A stretch of 62,939 nucleotides of DNA, counting the filler, from Aduncisulcus paluster (lineage: Eukaryota): assembly GCA_024181965.1 (NCBI GenBank). It is 5 parts of 5 records of this genome, joined end to end, with 100 filler letters (N's around TTAATTAATTAA, not from the genome) between each part and the next. Parts side by side here need not be neighbours in the genome. Positions count along the whole stretch, not along the records: positions 48,635 to 60,050 come from BQXS01012431.1; positions 60,151 to 62,939 come from BQXS01012446.1; 3 more parts are not named here. One strand, written 5' to 3'. Below the pieces are notes generated by a model that had not been told where the DNA came from, made no database searches, and saw only the letters and a program-made list of their open reading frames with translations. Position numbers and translations under genes: made by a program. This document shows, piece by piece, positions 57,849 through 62,939 of this stretch; the stretch's first letter is position 1; the number at the start of each line of letters is the position of its first letter.

Positions 57849-58846
57849 GATAACTGATTGTGTGACGAAAAAACAGCATTGCAGAACAAAGACAAATTCA
57901 TTTGATTTTGAGTGAGTCGCCATTCATCCTTGCCTTCTGCACGGAATATAGAGTATAATAGTCTGATAAAATAAAATATTATGATTCATAAATATAAACA
58001 TGCCATTTTCTTGCTCGACATATCATGGATCTTGATGATAGAAGAAATCTTGATAATCTCGCACATCCATGATTATTCCAGGCGTTGTTAAACGGATTTT
58101 AGATGAATCAGAATATTTCAAAACATTTTATACAAATCATGAGAATGGAAAAATCCTTGAAGGCAGAGACGATCATTTTCAAAATGAAGAGTCGTTTTCT
58201 TTGGACTATTGATCATGAAATGCCGTATTTGGTGTTTTTATTCGTTTGTAATTTACAATAGATGATCGTGTAAATGGATCACCATTTGAAATGGAAGGAG
58301 GGAGAAACATCAAAAATAACACTCTCATTTCATTTCAACGCAAAAGGGGGATCTGTGGAGGAGTTTATTGTCGTCATTTCTCGGTGCTAGTAATGAAGAT
58401 TGATGGCTATATTTATACCTTTGTATAACACTGATGTTTGGCGTTATTATTGTCGTTCTCACTCTTCTCTGCTCTCTGCTCGATTGATAAAAACTAATTC
58501 AGTTTATTATTTGTTTATTATTTGTTTATTTTTTGTTTTTCTTTCGCTTTTAATTCCTTACCAAGATGTCTTCGAAAGGAATTAACAAGTTAGATCACAA
58601 CTTCTTGTTCGAATCATTGGTGATCTATGACCCACCGCCCATCCAAAGTGATCATTAACTCGTTCAGCCCAATGTGTGTTGGATCTCTGCTGTTAAGTTC
58701 TAGTTGTAGTCTATGAATATTAGTCGGTTGGTTTTCTGGTGTTGTTTTGGTTGTCACAAACCTGTCTCAAACCAACTTCAAGACCGAAACGAAGTTGAAT
58801 CACTTCAAGTCAAGTTTGCGCTTCAAGAAGAAAGGGAAAATCAAGT

Positions 58847-59880
58847 TTATTCATCATCTTTAAAACTAATCCCCTTTTCCATAAATGCGTTGAGCATGTT
58901 CTGAAGTTGTGTTAGATCTAATTTTGCGGCTCTCATTGAAGCCTTCTCAGAACTTCTACCCCTTGAAGGGGTGGGAGTAGACTCTAATTTGTCGATAACC
59001 TCCAGGGCCACCGATACAGGATCATCGTGGGGTTTGACCTTCAATGACTCGCATAATTTCAGGTGTTTAGCTTCGATAGCTTTCTTTGTAACCTTCTGAT
59101 TAAAAATGCTTCTAATTGTCTTGTTCTTACGATTAAAGATAACTTTCATTAAACCATCCCATTCTAAGAGAGGAATGGAGGGCCTTGGAGTTAAGGGTGT
59201 GATTTTGACAACACTTGAATCAACTTTTGGTGGTGGTGTGAAACAAGTCCTCGGAACCTTTATCAAATGCTGAACTTTGGCTAATAATTGAGTATTAACT
59301 GAAATTCTTGAATAAAATGTCTCACCGGGTTTTGCAGCCAACCGCATTGAGAATTCTTTTTGGAACATCAGCACAAAATGTCTTGGGATGGGAGTATGAG
59401 CAAGTAATTTGAAAACAATACCACTAGAAATATTATATGGACAATTAGCAACACACAAATCAAACCGTGGAAGCTCAGCTTTAAGAAAATCACCTTGGAT
59501 GATTTGAAGCTTCTTTGCATATGGAGTATCTCTAACTCTTTTGTTTAAAGCAACAACCATTCGTGGATCAACTTCATAGGCAATAACTTTTGCAGCTTTT
59601 TCAAGTAACCTCATTGTAAGGTTACCAGTACCGGGACCAATTTCAATAATGGTATCAGATGGCCTTATTTCGGATTTTGTTATTATATTATCAATTACAA
59701 GTGGGTTATTCAAAAGATGCTGACCATGAGACTTGGCTAAATATTTTGAATAGAGATACAACGATAAACAACAAGTCTAAATCGGACAAAAGCGTAAAAA
59801 AAATGGACAAACATACTCAAAGCAAATCCACCCACCCGAGCACTAGTAGTCATTATGGAAGAAGAAGTTGGCTTTGGCAT
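58847..59880 (-). CDS. DIM1: 18S rRNA adenine dimethyltransferase Dim1; exons 59880-59817 and 59736-58847
   Basis: 80-nt intron GTATGT..TAG gives MPKP..GGFALTKSHGQHLLNNP; EIGPGTGNLT, EVDPRM, VANCPYNISS, MFQKEF, FTPPPKVDSSVV. Confidence 0.96.
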
Positions 59881-60050
59881 TGATTCGTGGCAAAACATGA
59901 TTTTTGAATTACTCACTGCTACTAAAGACAAATCAACCAATGAAAGGATAAAATTTGATATTTATTGAATATTAATATTTATTTCTATTAACATTGCTTA
60001 TGAATTATACTTTATAGCCATGTAGAAGCCAATCATTCCCATTTAATAGA

Positions 60051-60150
60051 NNNNNNNNNNNNNNNNNNNNNNNNNNNNNNNNNNNNNNNNNNNNTTAATT
60101 AATTAANNNNNNNNNNNNNNNNNNNNNNNNNNNNNNNNNNNNNNNNNNNN
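60051..60150. other. Artificial contig linker
   Basis: N44-TTAATTAATTAA-N44. Confidence 0.98.
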
Positions 60151-61469
60151 AACACAACTGTAGTAGTGTCCTTCAGCTGAGGAGTCGGGGTATTCTCTTG
60201 AGTAACCACAATTACTGGTGCCTGTGGAGTGCTTGACACACTCATCAGGTCTCCATCAGCCTTATCCCTTCTTGCTAGAGCAAGTTCTCTCTGCAGGCTC
60301 ACTATAGTGTCCTCAAGGCGTTTGAACCTTGCGTCAGAGTTATCCATCCAGTTGAATGCTGAGGACACTCCTTCTGCGGGTACTGTTTTCCCGTCATCCG
60401 GCAGGGAATCCTCCTTGACTGGCTTGGATTCCTTCACCGCGGGGGGCTTTGCCTTCCTTTTCTCTGATGAGTCCAATTCATCCATTCTCCTGGAGATCTC
60501 CTCCAGCTCAGCATTCCTCTTGAAATCTTCGAGCTCTGCCATCTTCAGCCTGAGGGCTTCCACCTCGATGGTCTTTTCTCTGAGCTCCTTCTGTTCAGGA
60601 GTCTCCTTGACTTCCTTCGCTGCCTTCTCAGCTTCCTTGGCCTTTTCTTCTGCTTCCTTGGCCTGGCGGCCAATCTCCTCAAGGTCTTCAGGAGCCTCAT
60701 CGAAGTCTACCAGTTCCAAAAGCTCAGAGTCACGTCTTGCACTCCTCTCAGCTTCTGTCTCTTCTCTAGGAGCCTTAGCAGTTTCCTTCTCCACTGTCTC
60801 AGTGGGTTTTCCTTCAACAGCTGATGTTTCCTCTGTTGAATCCTTGGATGTCTTCATCCTGGCTTGCTCCTTGTGGGCCTTATCCTTACTGGAAGAAGTC
60901 TTCTTCTTCTTCTTTTCAACACTGCAAACCATATATCTATGGCTGCTTTCAATGGCTGTGGCCATTTCAATGGATTCTGGTGAATCCATGACGCCTGGTG
61001 ACGCATTCCCCTTCCGGGTGATCTCATCTTGCAAGAGACCTCCACCAGAGGATACCAACCGTGGGCTGCATATAGCAGCACCAAACGGGGTTCCTCCGGC
61101 CTGGGAAACCTTGCCACATACTCTTGTTGTGGATCCTGAGGTTTTGGGTGGGAGAAAATCTTTGATTAACTCCAATGGGCTCTTTGAGTCCGTAAGCTTG
61201 GTGAACTTGTGATCGCCATTCATTTCAACATTATCTCTTTGAGATAATCCACTCTTGGGGCGAGCCCCGACATGTACAGAAGCAGTTTCGGAATTCGTTT
61301 CCAAAGGTATGGAAACCGATGGTTTGCCATGGGCAAAATGCATTTTGTGGTTAGAGTAAACCATAACTAATAATATACTTTTACAGTCGATCCGTACCGT
61401 GATACAATTTACTAAAAACCTGATTCGCCGATAATCACCGGCCTGCCGGTGCCCAGCCGCCGCCAACAC
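60151..61469 (-). CDS. Charged coiled-coil ORF, 3'-truncated; possibly the gag/ORF1-like start of a mobile element
   Basis: Long ORF on a contig visibly GC-richer than its neighbours; start uncertain; no diagnostic retroelement domain before the contig end. Confidence 0.5.
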
Positions 61470-62939
61470 GTCTCCAATATCTTCTTAATTCTTCTTCCCA
61501 TATCTTTTTCCTTAAAAAAAAATCGTCTTTTAAAATGTAAAATTTGTGATTTATAACATACCTTATTTGATCCACAAAGTGAAAACATTGGGCGAGGAGG
61601 AGACATCTTCGGAAGGACAGGCTGTCGAATCACTATCGACCCGGGCTGGTCAAATCTCGAGACTGAGAACATAGAGATAAGGCCCGGATCCGCCCCAAAA
61701 AAAAAAAAAAAAACATTTGACTCTGATCTATCGGATGTCACAGATGGATCATGCGTTCCGGGTTTTGTATACGTCACCCTTACACTTACCCCATTCGTTG
61801 CAATGCGTTGAAGACATATTTCGTCGTGAAACAAGTTCTTAGTTCTTTTGGTATTTATCAAAAGCAATCTTTTTCTTTCTGAGATAGTGGTGTTTTCTTT
61901 CTTCATGTGTTTGGCGTTTCGCTTTTGGGTATTTTCTCCGATTGTGATAAATTTAACCCCACTACATTGTGGTACCCATGGCCACATCCTACCCCCCCTT
62001 CCTCCCCACCGCACTATTCATTTCGGCTAATCCGGCGAAACCTTTGGGCGGGAGGACATGCAGTGGATAACAGCGATAGAATCGTGCTTCATATCCTTTT
62101 CGAGCAGCCTCCCGCCATAGGGAACATGATTGGACCATTGCTTGGCGTATTCGCTCAGGGCTTGACTCACGCCTTTATCATACCCGTAGAGCATTGGGTG
62201 GTGGCAATCGGTCCATACTCTGTGTATTAGCTTATACAGTGCCGGGGTCTTACGTAGCCTCTTAGACCTGCCCCGACAAATGACATCACTTGCAGCTAAT
62301 AGAGTTTTTGCAGTGTAAACTGTACTTAGATTGCAGTGCACATGATCACCGCCAGTGGCTATGTTGGCAACAACACACGACAACAACTGTGTTGCCGTTG
62401 ACATGATTTTGCTGACTCTCTCAGGGACACCATTCACGATTCCTCTTACAAATGGGTGAATGTCCCTGAGAGAGCAGCAAAATGTTCTCGTGACACGTGT
62501 GATATTACTAGTTTGAAGGAAAACGAGGGAGTTGATGGAATGGTACACGATCGCCATAACTTCGTTCACGGAACGGTGTAGAACGAACGTAACTCTGGAT
62601 ATTGTTGTAAAGGTAAGCTTGACACTCAATACCTATCGCCCCCCAAGAGCTGTAGCAACTCCATCGACGAACAAAGTTACACCACAGAATACTATCGGTT
62701 TCAGTCGCTTGATCCGACAATCACGTACATAGGCCCCAATTGATTAAGTATCCATCTCATCGTAACTCTCCATAATCCCGAGATCCTTCCTCAATTGAGA
62801 TAAAAATCTGTCATATCTTTGATATAAAGATGGCTCAAATGATGGAGGAGGAGGAGGACTTGTAAACCGAGCAGTGGCTTAAATATCCAAAAATACCAGG
62901 GGTCTGGATTATACCCTTGATTGCGGTGCTAAAAGGAAT

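Noticed and set aside
62027..62629. 200-aa minus-strand ORF and neighbouring short ORFs
   Set aside because: No recognisable motifs; ORFs of this size arise easily in the GC-richer segment.
1..62939. Alternative genetic code (TAA/TAG = Gln, as in hexamitid diplomonads), rRNA genes or tRNA genes
   Set aside because: Conserved genes end properly at TAA, TAG or TGA with no internal stops; no rRNA or tRNA gene was recognised by eye.

Overview
Eukaryotic (protist) draft-genome DNA, not prokaryotic. It holds five contigs joined by 100-nt N44-TTAATTAATTAA-N44 linkers, plus four internal 20-N gaps associated with near-identical duplicated sequence. The genome is compact, AT-rich and uses the standard genetic code. 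Short GT-AG introns (mostly GTATGT donors) all lie at the extreme 5' end of genes. SF-assemblin/beta-giardin, the intron style and a PFxSxSPMKGAYIC repeat-domain gene suggest a free-living fornicate (Carpediemonas-like organism such as Aduncisulcus); this is inference. Housekeeping genes: DCAF13/SOF1, Ubc12-like E2, Apn1/EndoIV, Rab5-like, PUS1, PRL phosphatase, RRP8, PCNA, TBCC, CCT2/CCT4 head-to-head, SNF1-like kinase, cyclin Y-like, DIM1. Most notable: (1) a ~1337-aa intronless fusion of the subunits of a bacterial-type sarcosine oxidase/proline/opine dehydrogenase/HCN synthase-like flavo-Fe-S enzyme with an organellar-type presequence; (2) a duplicated His/Cys/Met/Gly-repeat putative metal-binding protein with a compact C/D-box-like RNA in its flank; (3) a single-pass receptor-like protein with cytoplasmic B-box-like zinc fingers; (4) an E2 with a ~60-aa insertion just before the catalytic Cys; (5) a 304-bp microhomology-joined composite insertion that frameshifts a large gene.
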